Source: an uncultured delta proteobacterium
GTDB lineage: Bacteria > Myxococcota > Myxococcia > Myxococcales > Myxococcaceae
Direction: 5' to 3'
Assembly: GCA_963713045.1 (NCBI GenBank)
Contig: CAVQKE010000004.1
Coordinates: 448,001-512,000, forward strand
Length of the DNA: 64,000 nt
The notes under the pieces: model-generated
Databases searched by the model: none
What the model was told of the DNA's origin: nothing
The model's input: only the letters and a program-made list of their open reading frames with translations
In this document: positions 1 through 9,435 of the stretch, one piece after another
How the letters are laid out: every line of letters starts with the position of its first letter
Position numbering within the stretch: the first letter of the stretch is position 1
Position numbers and translations under genes: made by a program

Positions 1-816
1 GGCCGCCGCGGAGGCGGTGGCGGAAGTTGCCCCGCCCACCAACGTGCCGTCGGTGCGAGAGCGGATGAAGTCCGTCGGTCGCCAGACGGGGGGCGAGGTG
101 ACGCTGGCCGAGCAGCTGGGCCTCAAAGTCCGCCGGGTGGTGATTGACGCCGGCCATGGCGGGCATGACACCGGCACCGTTGGCGCGGGCGGCACCCAAG
201 AAAAGACGGTGGCTTTGGCCATCGCCCTGCGCCTCGGCCAGGTGCTGACCGACGAGGGCTTGGAAGTGGTGTTTACCCGCGAGGACGACCACTTCGTCCG
301 GCTGGAGGACCGAGCGCGCTTGGCCAATGAGGCCAAGGGGGACCTCTTCATCTCCGTGCACTGCAACTCCGGGCGCAGGCCAGTTGGCGTGGCGTGGAGA
401 CGTACACCCTCAACCTCACCGCCGACCGCTACGCCATCCGTCTGGCCGCCCGGGAGAATGCCGCCTCGGCCAAGACGATGTCCGACCTCCAATTCCTGCT
501 GGCGGACTTGGCCACCCGTGCCCACACCGATGAGTCGGCGCGGCTGGCCGAACGCATCCAGCACAGCCTGGTGTCGCGGATGTCCGCCAAATACCCCAAG
601 GTGAAGGACCGCGGCCGAAAGGAAGCCCTCTTCTACGTGCTGCTGGGCGCGAAGATGCCGGCCATTCTGGTTGAGACTGGTTTCCTCTCCAACCCTGAGG
701 ATGAAAAGCGTCTGGCCACTCAGGGCTACCAGGATGAGGTGGCGCGTGCCATCGCGGCCGGAGTGCAGGACTTCCTCGGGTACCGCGAGCGGCTGGCCAA
801 GGTGGAAGCTCCCTAG
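1..816 (+). CDS. N-acetylmuramoyl-L-alanine amidase (Amidase_3, AmiC-like), 5'-truncated by the window and with a 1-nt frameshift near 371-380
   Basis: ORF 17.. has VVIDAGHGGHD, EK..L, LEDR...AN and DLFISVHCNS. ORF 394..816 continues with ETY and FYVLLGAKMPAILVETGFLSN in another frame. Confidence 0.85.
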
Positions 817-886
817 AGAGGCCTGCGCCGGGGAGCCGGTTAAACTCCCCAACGCCGGTTCCCCGAGGTGGGCCCCGGCTTCGCCT

Positions 887-3595
887 GTGACTTCCTTCGA
901 GATTCCCCGTCTGTCGCCGCCACCGGCGCCTGCCCCCAGCCACCGGGAAACGCGGGCGCAGCTACCCCGGCTGGGCCCTGGGGACGCGGCCTCCCGTCCG
1001 GCGCGGGCCCGGGCCCAGCGTGAGGCCGCCTTCGAGGCGGTGCGCGACTTCCACCGGGCCGGCGGCGCGGGCCTTTCCACCGCTCGGCTGTTGGCGGCCT
1101 CGGCCGACGCCCTGGTCGAGGGCCTGTGGGCAGAACTCGAGGCCGAACGACCTCTCGGCGGCTCGGCGCTGGTGGCCCTCGGCGGCTATGGCCGACGCGA
1201 ACTCAGCCCGGGCTCGGACTTGGACCTCTTGCTGGTGCACCCCAAGCGCCGCAGCGCGGGAGTGGCCGAGCGGGCCCGCGCCCTTTCCACGTTGCTGTGG
1301 GACGCGCGGGTGACGGTCGGCTGGAGCGTGCGGACGCCCGAGGAGACGCTGGCCGGGGCGGCGGAGGACTTGACGCTTCGCACCGCGCTGTTGGACGCCC
1401 GGGTGCTGGCCAGCCGGGACGGCATGGGGGAGCGCTTCGTGCGCGAGGTGCAGCTGCCGCAGCGCAGCCGGAAGGCCGACGTCTTCATCGCCGCCAAGGT
1501 GGTCGAGCTGAGGGAGCGGCGGGAGAAATTTGGAGATTCGGTGTTCCTCCTCGAGCCGCAGCTGAAGTCCGGCGAGGGAGGCCTACGGGACTTGGAGACG
1601 GCCCTGTGGGTGGCCCAAGTCCGCTTTGGCGTGCGCGGCCTCGGCGGCTTGCTGGAGGCGGCCATTCTGCCGGCCTCCGAAGTGGCACGGCTGCGGGCGG
1701 CACGGGACTTTCTGCTGCGGACGCGCCACGAGGTGCACTTCCTGCGGGGCCGCAAGGAGGACCGCCTCACCTTCGACCTCCAGGAGTCCGTGGCGCGTTT
1801 CTTCCGCTACGGCCAGGGCGACGGGCTGCCGGTCGAGCAATTCATGCGGGACTATTACCTCTCGGCCGGCATTCTCCGGCGTGCCGCCGATGCCCTCATC
1901 GCGCGGGCCGAAGAGCAGCACGCCCCAAGCCGCGGCCCCTTCCGCGCGGTGCGCCAGGAGGGCCCGTTCAAGGTGTTTCGCGGTCGCCTCACCGTGGACG
2001 GCGACGCCGAACTCTTCCAACGCGAGCCGGCGGAGGTGGTGCGCCTTTTTCACGCCGCCGATGAGTTGGGGCTACCGGTCTATTCCTGGGCCCTCGACCA
2101 GGCGGTGCAGGCGGCGCCGTCGCTGGCCGAGGCCCGGGCCAGCCAGCCGGTGGTGGAGGCGCTGAGGGCGCTGTTGTCGCGGCCGGGGACGCGCGGGGAG
2201 GCGCTGGAGGCGATGCACGCCTTGGGCCTCCTCGGCGTGCTGGTGCCGGAGTTTGGTCGCATCACCGCTCGGCACCAGTTTGACCTGTACCACGCCTACA
2301 CCGTGGACGTGCACACGCTGAGGGCCCTGCGCCGTCTGTACGCACTTCGCGCCGGAGACTTCGTGGAGATGGAGCCCGAGCGGACCCGCGCCATTCGGGA
2401 CTTGGCGGACGTCTTGCCGCTGGTGCTGGGGATGTTGCTGCACGACGCCGGCAAGGGGATGGGCGGCGACCACTCCGAGCGCGGACGGGAGTTGATGGCC
2501 GCGCTCGGCGCCCGGATGGGCCTCTCGCCTCGTCAGCAGGAGGTGGCCGAGTTTCTGGTGCTGCACCACCTCACCCTCAGCCACCTCGCCCAGCGCCGCG
2601 ACCTCTCCGACCCCCAACTGCTGGCGGACTTCGCCCGCCTCTGTGGCGACTCGGAGAAGCTGGTCTGCTTGGACCTGCTCACCTGGGCCGACATCTCCTC
2701 GGTGGCACCGGGCATGTGGACCGACTGGCGCGCCCGGCTGGTCCATGAATTGACCAGCAAGACACACGCGCTCCTCGATGGCCGGGGGTGGCACGGCGAG
2801 CGCGAGGCCCGCGAGGTGTTTCGGACGTTGTGGACGCGACGCTTTGGCGCCGCGGAGGCCGAACGGCTGCTCGCGGCTTCGGCTGACCGCTACCTCGGCT
2901 CGACGCCGCCGGGCGCTGCGGTGTTGCATGGGCTGTTGCTGCGCCGGGCCCGACGCAGCGGCTTCGCCGCTGCGCTGCGCCGGCTACCGCAGCCCCACCA
3001 CGCCGAACTGCACCTGGCGGCCAAGGACCGCCCGGGGTTGCTCGCCCTGTGGAGCGGGGTCCTCGCCGCCCATGGCATCGACATTCTCAGCGCCCGCATT
3101 GCGTCCACGGCGGATGGAGCGGTCCTGGACGTCTTTGAAGTCCGCAGCGCGGCGCGCAGGCCGTTGGAGCGCGCCCGCTGGCGTCGAGCGCGCTCGGACC
3201 TCCGCGCCGTCCTCGACGGCCGGCTGGACGTGGAAGCCCTGCTGGAGCGCCGCCGTCGGGCCTCGACCCTGCCCCGAAGGTTGCCCGCGGTGGCCACCCG
3301 GGTCAGCGTCGACAACGGCGCTTCGAGGGACTTCACGGTGGTGGACGTCCGGGCCGAGGACCGCCTCGGGCTGCTGCACGAGGTGGCCACCTGCTTCGCC
3401 GACGCCGGGCTGGAGATTGCGCTGGCCAAGGTGGCGACGGAGGCCAACCGTGCCATCGACTCCTTCTACGTGGCGCAAAGGGGGGGGAAGGTGGAGTCCC
3501 CGGCGACGCTGGAGGCCCTCCGGGAGAGGCTGGAGGCCGTCTTGGCTGCGCCCAACCCCCTGGGGCAGCCGGCTGAGGCGCGCGGGGCGGAATGA
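887..3595 (+). CDS. glnD: [Protein-PII] uridylyltransferase/uridylyl-removing enzyme
   Basis: NTase motif ALGGYGRRELSPGSDLDLL, LEPQLKSGEGGLRD, HD region (YHAYTVDVH...LLHDAGKG), and two C-terminal ACT domains (DRPGLL, DRLGLL). GTG start at 887 is inferred. Confidence 0.93.
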   Translation: MTSFEIPRLSPPPAPAPSHRETRAQLPRLGPGDAASRPARARAQREAAFEAVRDFHRAGGAGLSTARLLAASADALVEGLWAELEAERPLGGSALVALGGYGRRELSPGSDLDLLLVHPKRRSAGVAERARALSTLLWDARVTVGWSVRTPEETLAGAAEDLTLRTALLDARVLASRDGMGERFVREVQLPQRSRKADVFIAAKVVELRERREKFGDSVFLLEPQLKSGEGGLRDLETALWVAQVRFGVRGLGGLLEAAILPASEVARLRAARDFLLRTRHEVHFLRGRKEDRLTFDLQESVARFFRYGQGDGLPVEQFMRDYYLSAGILRRAADALIARAEEQHAPSRGPFRAVRQEGPFKVFRGRLTVDGDAELFQREPAEVVRLFHAADELGLPVYSWALDQAVQAAPSLAEARASQPVVEALRALLSRPGTRGEALEAMHALGLLGVLVPEFGRITARHQFDLYHAYTVDVHTLRALRRLYALRAGDFVEMEPERTRAIRDLADVLPLVLGMLLHDAGKGMGGDHSERGRELMAALGARMGLSPRQQEVAEFLVLHHLTLSHLAQRRDLSDPQLLADFARLCGDSEKLVCLDLLTWADISSVAPGMWTDWRARLVHELTSKTHALLDGRGWHGEREAREVFRTLWTRRFGAAEAERLLAASADRYLGSTPPGAAVLHGLLLRRARRSGFAAALRRLPQPHHAELHLAAKDRPGLLALWSGVLAAHGIDILSARIASTADGAVLDVFEVRSAARRPLERARWRRARSDLRAVLDGRLDVEALLERRRRASTLPRRLPAVATRVSVDNGASRDFTVVDVRAEDRLGLLHEVATCFADAGLEIALAKVATEANRAIDSFYVAQRGGKVESPATLEALRERLEAVLAAPNPLGQPAEARGAE

Positions 3596-3787
3596 AACGC
3601 GCGCGCCCGGGGTTGCCTCCCCGAGCGTCAGGCTCCCCGAGACGGCGAACGCCCCCTTGCACACTAACCTCTCGTGAAGTCGAGGGTTTGAGTGCCCGGT
3701 GGTTGAGCCGTCTGACGACCAGGTCCCGGGTGTGGGGCAGGGCTGTAGAGGGCGGGCGAGGCCAGGCCGAGACAGGAGTGACATGTG

Positions 3788-4186
3788 ATGTCGGCGAAGG
3801 ACAACAAAGGGCAGATGAGCGTGGCCGAGGCTGGCCGGAAGGGTGGCGAAGCGGTGCGCAACGAGCGCGGTCGTGAGTTTTACGAAGCCATTGGCCGCAA
3901 GGGCGGCGCCACGGTGAAAGCCGAACGCGGACGCGCCTTCTATGAGGAGATTGGCCGCAAGGGCGGCGAAACCGTCAAAGCCGAGCGCGGCGTGAAGTTT
4001 TACGAGGAGATTGGGAAGAAGGGCGGTGACCGGGTGAAGGCCACCCGAGGCTCGAGCTTCTACGAGGAGATTGGCCGCAAGGGCGGTCAGAAAGTGAAGC
4101 AGCTCATCGAGGAGGGTAAGCGCGCCGCCCGGGCTGCCGCCGAGGCCCAGAACGCAGTGCCCGTGCCCCAGGCCTCCAAGGCCTAG
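3788..4186 (+). CDS. KGG-repeat stress-induced protein (GsiB/YciG-like)
   Basis: MSVAEAGRKGG followed by four FYE(A/E)IG(R/K)KGG units. AGGAG lies upstream. Confidence 0.88.
   Translation: MSAKDNKGQMSVAEAGRKGGEAVRNERGREFYEAIGRKGGATVKAERGRAFYEEIGRKGGETVKAERGVKFYEEIGKKGGDRVKATRGSSFYEEIGRKGGQKVKQLIEEGKRAARAAAEAQNAVPVPQASKA
3828..4089 (+). repeat. Intragenic 60-bp imperfect tandem repeat encoding KGG units
   Basis: TT(GGCCGC/GGGAAG)AAGGGCGG recurs at 60-nt spacing at about 3891, 3951, 4011 and 4071, with a looser first copy near 3831. Confidence 0.85.
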
Positions 4187-4436
4187 GCTACCGGACGCCC
4201 TAGCAGAGGGACCCGGGCGGCCCGCACCGGCGGTGTCCGGCGAGCCCCTCTGTGCGCAAAGCGCCCTTGCGGACCCAACAGCACGCCGGCCAGGGACGCC
4301 GGACCGCAGGCGGTCCCGGGTCCCCTGGCGGGCTGTGGGGCGACGCCCGTGGGCCCAAGCACCCGAGCCCCAGCGTCCCCCAGAGGGGCTGGCCGTTTGG
4401 CGGCATTGGAGTCCTCGGGCTAGGACAGCGGGGCCT

Positions 4437-5051
4437 GTGGCCGCTCCGCTCGTTCCGATTGATGCCGAGCACCCGCAGCCGCGGACCATCGAGCGCGCCA
4501 GCCAGCTGCTGGTCGAGGGGGACCTCATCGCTTACCCCACCGACAGCTGCTACGCGCTCGGCTGCGACGCGCGGTCCAAGCGCGCGGTGGAGCGCCTCTA
4601 CACCTTGAAGGGACGCGACCACCGCAAGCCCTTCGCCCTCCTCGTGCCGGACTTAAGCGACGTCGCGCGCTACGCCATCGTCAGCAACTTCGCCTACCGC
4701 GTGCTGCGTCAGCACACCCCGGGCGCCGTCACCTTCGTCCTTCCGGCGACCCGTCTGGTGCCGGAGTTGCTCCTGAATAAGCAGAAACAGGTGGGCATCC
4801 GCGTTTCCGCAGCGCCGGTGGCCAACGCCCTGGCGCACGCGCTGCCGGGGCCACTGGTGACCACCACCGCCACGTCGGAAACCGGCGAGCCCTTGGCTGA
4901 CCCGCGGGAAATTAAGGAGCGCTACGGCCACGCCCTGGCCCTGGTGCTGGACGCCGGCCTTCAGCAGGGACACCCCTCGACGGTGGTGTCGCTGTTGGGG
5001 GACCAGGTGGAGATTCTTCGTCAGGGCGGAGCCTCCTTTCCGCTTCATTGA
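4437..5051 (+). CDS. Sua5/YrdC/YciO family (threonylcarbamoyl-AMP synthase-like) protein
   Basis: IAYPTDSCYALGC, LKGR..KP, TPGAVTFVL, VGIRV, PSTVV. GTG start is inferred. Confidence 0.88.
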   Translation: MAAPLVPIDAEHPQPRTIERASQLLVEGDLIAYPTDSCYALGCDARSKRAVERLYTLKGRDHRKPFALLVPDLSDVARYAIVSNFAYRVLRQHTPGAVTFVLPATRLVPELLLNKQKQVGIRVSAAPVANALAHALPGPLVTTTATSETGEPLADPREIKERYGHALALVLDAGLQQGHPSTVVSLLGDQVEILRQGGASFPLH

Positions 5052-5140
5052 ATGGAGCCTAGCGTCTCTCTGCCGCCGCCCCCCCAGGGGGGAAGTTGCA
5101 GTGGAGGGGGGCGGGGGTAGGGTGCCCAGTTGGGCGCCCC

Positions 5141-6067
5141 GTGAATCACCTCACCCCCTTTCTGGACCTCTTCGTCGGCTACCTGCGCGCCGAGCGCGGG
5201 CTCGCCTCCCGTACCGTCGAGGCCTATGCCCGAGACCTCTCGGAATACCTGCGCGAGCTGACCTCCCACCGTGTGCGGACTCCCGACGGCATTCGGCCCG
5301 CCCACGTCCGCCGCCACCTGGACGCGCTGGCCGCGCGCGGGCTGTCCTCGCGCAGTCAGGCCCGTCACCTGGCCGCGCTGCGCGTCTTTCATCGCTTTCT
5401 CCTCACCGAAGCGCACGCCCGGGAAGACCCGACGGCGGATACCGAGACGCCTCGGGCAGGCCGCTGCCTGCCGGTGGTGCTTAGCCTGGCGGAGGTGGAG
5501 GCCCTGCTGGACGCCCCGCGCCCGGACGGCCCCTCCGGGGTGCGCGACCGGGCCATGCTGGCGCTCCTCTACGCCACCGGCCTGCGGGTGAGCGAGCTGG
5601 TCTCGCTGCCGGTGGAGGCCCTGCGTCTGGATGCGGGCTTTCTCGTCGCCCGGGGCAAGGGCAACAAGGAGCGACTGGTGCCGGTGGGCAGCCGGGCACT
5701 GGAGGCGGTGCGCCTGTACCTCAGCCAGGCCCGAGGGCTGTTGTTGCACGGCCGTTCCGCCCGGACGCTTTTCGTGACCCGTCGCGGGCGGGGCTTCAGC
5801 CGGCAGGGCTTTTGGAAGCTGGTCGGCCGGTACACCCGTGCCGCTGGCCTTCAGAAGCGCGTCTCCCCGCACAAGCTGAGGCACTCCTTCGCCACCCACC
5901 TGGTGGAGCGCGGTGCGGACTTGCGCAGCGTGCAAGCCATGCTTGGCCACGCCGACTTGGCCACCACCCAGATTTACACCCACGTCGACGCCACCCGCCT
6001 GCGCGGCGTCTACGACAGGGCCCATCCGCGCTCTGGCGCGGTGCGCCCAGCGCCGCCGTTGCGGTAG
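5141..6067 (+). CDS. xerD: Site-specific tyrosine recombinase XerD
   Basis: LYATGLRVSEL, GKGNKERLVP, SRQGFW, SPHKLRHSFATHL, DLRSVQAMLGHADLATTQIYTHV. Confidence 0.9.
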   Translation: MNHLTPFLDLFVGYLRAERGLASRTVEAYARDLSEYLRELTSHRVRTPDGIRPAHVRRHLDALAARGLSSRSQARHLAALRVFHRFLLTEAHAREDPTADTETPRAGRCLPVVLSLAEVEALLDAPRPDGPSGVRDRAMLALLYATGLRVSELVSLPVEALRLDAGFLVARGKGNKERLVPVGSRALEAVRLYLSQARGLLLHGRSARTLFVTRRGRGFSRQGFWKLVGRYTRAAGLQKRVSPHKLRHSFATHLVERGADLRSVQAMLGHADLATTQIYTHVDATRLRGVYDRAHPRSGAVRPAPPLR

Positions 6068-6080
6068 AACGCGCTCCCCC

Positions 6081-7085
6081 ATGCGCATCCTCTCCGGCAT
6101 CCAGTCGTCCGGGAAGCAGCACCTCGGCAACTACTACGGCGCCATTCGCCAATTCGTCCGCTACCAGCAGCAGGGCGAGGCGCTGTACTTCATCGCCAAC
6201 CTGCACGCGCTGACTTCGGTGAAGGACGGCGCCACCGCCCGGGCGCTGACGCAGCAGACGGCGATGGCCTTTCTGGCGCTTGGGCTGGACCCGTCCAAGG
6301 CCTGCATCTTTCGCCAGAGTGACATTCCGGAGGTCATCGAGCTGTATTGGATTCTGGGGACGGTGGTGCCGATGGGCAACCTCGAGCGCGCCCACAGCTT
6401 CAAGGACAAGGTGGCCAAGGGGCAGGCTGCCGAATTTGGACTCTTCGCCTACCCGGTGTTGATGGCAGCCGACATTCTTCTCTACGGCGCGGACGGCGTG
6501 CCGGTGGGGAAGGACCAGGTGCAGCACCTCGAATTCACCCGCGACTGGGCCACCAAATTCAACCTGGCTTACGTTCCGGGCTATGACCCGGCAGACCCGA
6601 CCGGGGCCCGCACCGGCCGGCCCGGACTGCTGAAGGTGCCCGAGGCGCTGGTGGAGGCAGAGACCGCCGTGGTGCCCGGGACGGATGGAGACAAGATGTC
6701 CAAGTCCTACAACAACACCATCGACCTCTTCGCCGACGACGCCGAAGTGAAGCGTCGCATCATGGGCATCCGCACCGACTCCACGCCGGTGGAGGCACCC
6801 AAGCCCCTCGACAGCCCCCTGTATGCGCTGCTGAAGCTGGTGCTGCCGCCCGAGGAGTTTGCCGAAGCAGACCGCGCCTGGCGCCAAGGGGGACGTGGTT
6901 ACGGGGACTTCAAGAAGACGCTGCTCGCTGGCTTCCATGCAGCCTTCGACGGGCCGCGCGCGCGCTACCGGCAACTCGAAGCGCAGCCGGCCGAAGTGGA
7001 GGCCATCCTGCGCGAGGGTGCGGCGCGGGCCCGCGCCTTTGCGGCGCCGGTGATTGCCGGCGTCCGCCAAGCGGTGGGACTGTAG
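6081..7085 (+). CDS. trpS: Tryptophan--tRNA ligase
   Basis: SGIQSSG..HLGNY (HIGH motif), YPVLMAADIL, VPVGKDQVQHLE, KMSKS. Confidence 0.97.
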   Translation: MRILSGIQSSGKQHLGNYYGAIRQFVRYQQQGEALYFIANLHALTSVKDGATARALTQQTAMAFLALGLDPSKACIFRQSDIPEVIELYWILGTVVPMGNLERAHSFKDKVAKGQAAEFGLFAYPVLMAADILLYGADGVPVGKDQVQHLEFTRDWATKFNLAYVPGYDPADPTGARTGRPGLLKVPEALVEAETAVVPGTDGDKMSKSYNNTIDLFADDAEVKRRIMGIRTDSTPVEAPKPLDSPLYALLKLVLPPEEFAEADRAWRQGGRGYGDFKKTLLAGFHAAFDGPRARYRQLEAQPAEVEAILREGAARARAFAAPVIAGVRQAVGL

Positions 7086-7089
7086 CCAG

Positions 7090-7428
7090 ATGCGTCCACC
7101 CATTGTCGTCTTCGACGGCGGCCTCCGCATCTACCCCTCGGTCGCGGCCGCAGAGCGCGCGCTCGCCCCCGGCGGCCCACGGTCCCTGGACGCCTTCGAC
7201 AGCAGCGGTCGGCCGCTGCGGCTGGTGGAGGGTGGCCCGGACTTGTTTGGCCTCTTCAAGCGAAGCGGCGTCCGGCTGGTCGCCGACAGCGCGACGGCCG
7301 ACAACCGCGGACAGTTGCGGTCCCGCCTGGCCGACGCCCTGGTACAGCGGGGCACAGCGCCGCGGTGGGCCGAGGGCGCGCCGCTGGGGGCGCTTTTGGC
7401 CGAGGCCGCCAAGCGACTGCGCGGCTGA
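7090..7428 (+). CDS. Hypothetical protein
   Basis: ATG 5 nt after the trpS stop, GC-rich third positions, fills the gap before scpA. Confidence 0.6.
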   Translation: MRPPIVVFDGGLRIYPSVAAAERALAPGGPRSLDAFDSSGRPLRLVEGGPDLFGLFKRSGVRLVADSATADNRGQLRSRLADALVQRGTAPRWAEGAPLGALLAEAAKRLRG

Positions 7429-7677
7429 AAGCCCCGTCGGCGGTTTTCCCGGCGGCCGCCGGCCAGCCTCGTGCCTCGGGCCAGCTGCCCCCCCGACAGA
7501 CGCCTGGCGGTGCGCCGGCTACCCGGCGCCGGCTGCGTTGACCCGGTTTGTCAGCGGCTGGTAGGAGACTGCTGGAGCGTCCGAGCCAGCTGCGGCGCGC
7601 CCTCTGGTCGCCTCCCAACCCCCCCCGTCCTCTTGAATTCCACCACCGACCGAGACGCCTTGCGGGACCTCGAAGGC

Positions 7678-8493
7678 ATGCCGGCCGAGGTTTCCCCGGG
7701 GCAAGCGGGCCTCGGCACACCTGAATCCCTTCGGGTGACGCTGCCCAGCTTCGAAGGGCCGCTCGACTTACTTCTGCACCTCATCCGCGAGCACAAGGTG
7801 GACGTGCTGGACATCCCGGTGTCCCTCATCGCGGAGAAGTACAACGCCTCGCTGGAGTTGATGCGCGACCTCAACCTCGACGTGGCGGGGGAGTTTTTGG
7901 TGATGGCGGCCACGTTGGCCCACATCAAGAGCCGGATGCTGCTGCCGCGGGCGGAGCCGGGGCCGGGGGAGTTGGACGCCGAGGCCGAAGGGGACCCACG
8001 CGCCGAATTGGTGCGCCGGCTCCTCAACTACCAGAAGTACCGCGAGGCGGCGCGGGAACTCGCCGAGCAGCCGCTCCTCGGCCGAGACGTCTTCGCTCGC
8101 CAGCAGGGTTTCGACTTGGACCAGCACCGAGGTCCAGCCCCCCTGGTGGACCTCTCCATTTTCCGCCTGATTGAAGCGCTCGACGCCGTCCTCAAATCCG
8201 TCGTTCCGGCGCCGGAACACGAGGTGCGTCGCGACCAAGTCAGTCTCTCGACGGCGATGGAGAGAATTCTCAATGGGCTGCGTGCCGAGCCCGAGGCGAC
8301 TTTCCTGTCGCTCTTCCACGGCCAGCGCACGCGCAGCGCGGTGGTGGTGACATTCCTGGCGCTGCTGGAGATGGTGCGGCTGCGACGGGTTCGGGTGCGT
8401 CAATCCGAGGATGGCTCAGACATCCTGGTGGCCGCACAGGCCGAGGCGCTGAACGCCCCTCTGCCGGAGGTCAACGAAGATGAATACAGGTGA
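7678..8493 (+). CDS. scpA: Segregation and condensation protein A
   Basis: FEGPLDLLLHLI, AGEFLVMAATLAHIKSRMLLP, VVVTFLALLEM. Start may be slightly upstream (TTG 7633). Confidence 0.95.
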   Translation: MPAEVSPGQAGLGTPESLRVTLPSFEGPLDLLLHLIREHKVDVLDIPVSLIAEKYNASLELMRDLNLDVAGEFLVMAATLAHIKSRMLLPRAEPGPGELDAEAEGDPRAELVRRLLNYQKYREAARELAEQPLLGRDVFARQQGFDLDQHRGPAPLVDLSIFRLIEALDAVLKSVVPAPEHEVRRDQVSLSTAMERILNGLRAEPEATFLSLFHGQRTRSAVVVTFLALLEMVRLRRVRVRQSEDGSDILVAAQAEALNAPLPEVNEDEYR

Positions 8494-9424
8494 AGGGCAG
8501 GGCGCCGGCGGCGAGGGGCGCGGGGGCCCGGCTGCTTTCACCGAGGCCGAGGTGGCCCGGACAACCGGTCCGGCCGGCGAGGTGGAGCTGGAGGACATCG
8601 CCCCGGCGGACATCGACGAATCCGCCGCGGAACTCGAACCGTTTGACAAGCTGGTCCAGCGGGGCCGCCGCCTTTTGGACAGCCGGGTTCGGGCCATCCT
8701 CGAGGCGTTGCTGTTGGTGTCCGACCGCCCGGCCAGCGTGGAGCAGCTCCACGAGGCGACCGGCATCGACCGGCCACGGCTTCAGCAGGCGCTGGTGGAA
8801 CTCTCGGCGCACCTGGCCGAGCGCGCCGGGGGGTTGACGTTGGTGGAGGTGGCCGGCGGCTGGCAGCTGAGGACCCACCCCAGCACCGTCGAATATGTGA
8901 GACGGTTTCTTCGCGTTCGGCCACAGCGCCTGACCCGCGCGGCGGTCGAGACGTTGGCCATCATCGCCTACCGGCAGCCGGTGACCCGTCCAGAAATTGA
9001 AGACATTCGCGGCGTGGACTCGGCCGCAGTCGTCAAAGCGCTGCTCGAGCGCCGCCTCATCAAAATCCTCGGGAAGAAGGACGAGGTGGGCCGTCCCATT
9101 CTGTATGGAACGACGCGCGAATTCCTCGAATTTTTCGCCCTGAAAGACCTCACCGCGTTACCCACGCTGCAGGAGTTTCACGAGCTGAGCGCAGAACACG
9201 AGGCCATTCTGGAGGAAGAAGCGCCACGGCCGGCAGTCACCCTGGCCGGTCTGTCGGACCGGGACTTCAGCCGAACGCTGGAAGCCGCGAGCCCCTCCGC
9301 CGAGGCGGCGCTGGCCGAGTTGGAGAGGGCCATTGCCCAGGCCGACCGTCAGGCGCGCTCAGCCGCAGCGGCGCTGGGAAGCGCCCCCCGGCCACCAGCC
9401 GAAGCGCCCGAGAGAGAAGAGTAG
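8480..9424 (+). CDS. scpB: SMC-Scp complex subunit ScpB
   Basis: LEALL, VAGGWQLRT, ETLAIIAYRQPVTRPEIEDIRGV, GRPILYGTT.FL.FF.L. Confidence 0.95.
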   Translation: MNTGEGQGAGGEGRGGPAAFTEAEVARTTGPAGEVELEDIAPADIDESAAELEPFDKLVQRGRRLLDSRVRAILEALLLVSDRPASVEQLHEATGIDRPRLQQALVELSAHLAERAGGLTLVEVAGGWQLRTHPSTVEYVRRFLRVRPQRLTRAAVETLAIIAYRQPVTRPEIEDIRGVDSAAVVKALLERRLIKILGKKDEVGRPILYGTTREFLEFFALKDLTALPTLQEFHELSAEHEAILEEEAPRPAVTLAGLSDRDFSRTLEAASPSAEAALAELERAIAQADRQARSAAAALGSAPRPPAEAPEREE

Positions 9425-9435
9425 AGCCCTCTCCC

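Noticed and set aside
3828..4089. 60-bp repeats as a CRISPR-like array
   Set aside because: They are fully explained by coding KGG repeats, and there are no unique spacers.
5085..5135. G-quadruplex upstream of xerD
   Set aside because: Several G-runs are present, but such runs are common at this GC content and there is no independent support.
5141..6067. Tyrosine recombinase as the integrase of a mobile element
   Set aside because: It has XerD-type motifs (SRQGFW, LGHADLATTQIYTHV), sits among housekeeping genes, and has no att sites or cargo.
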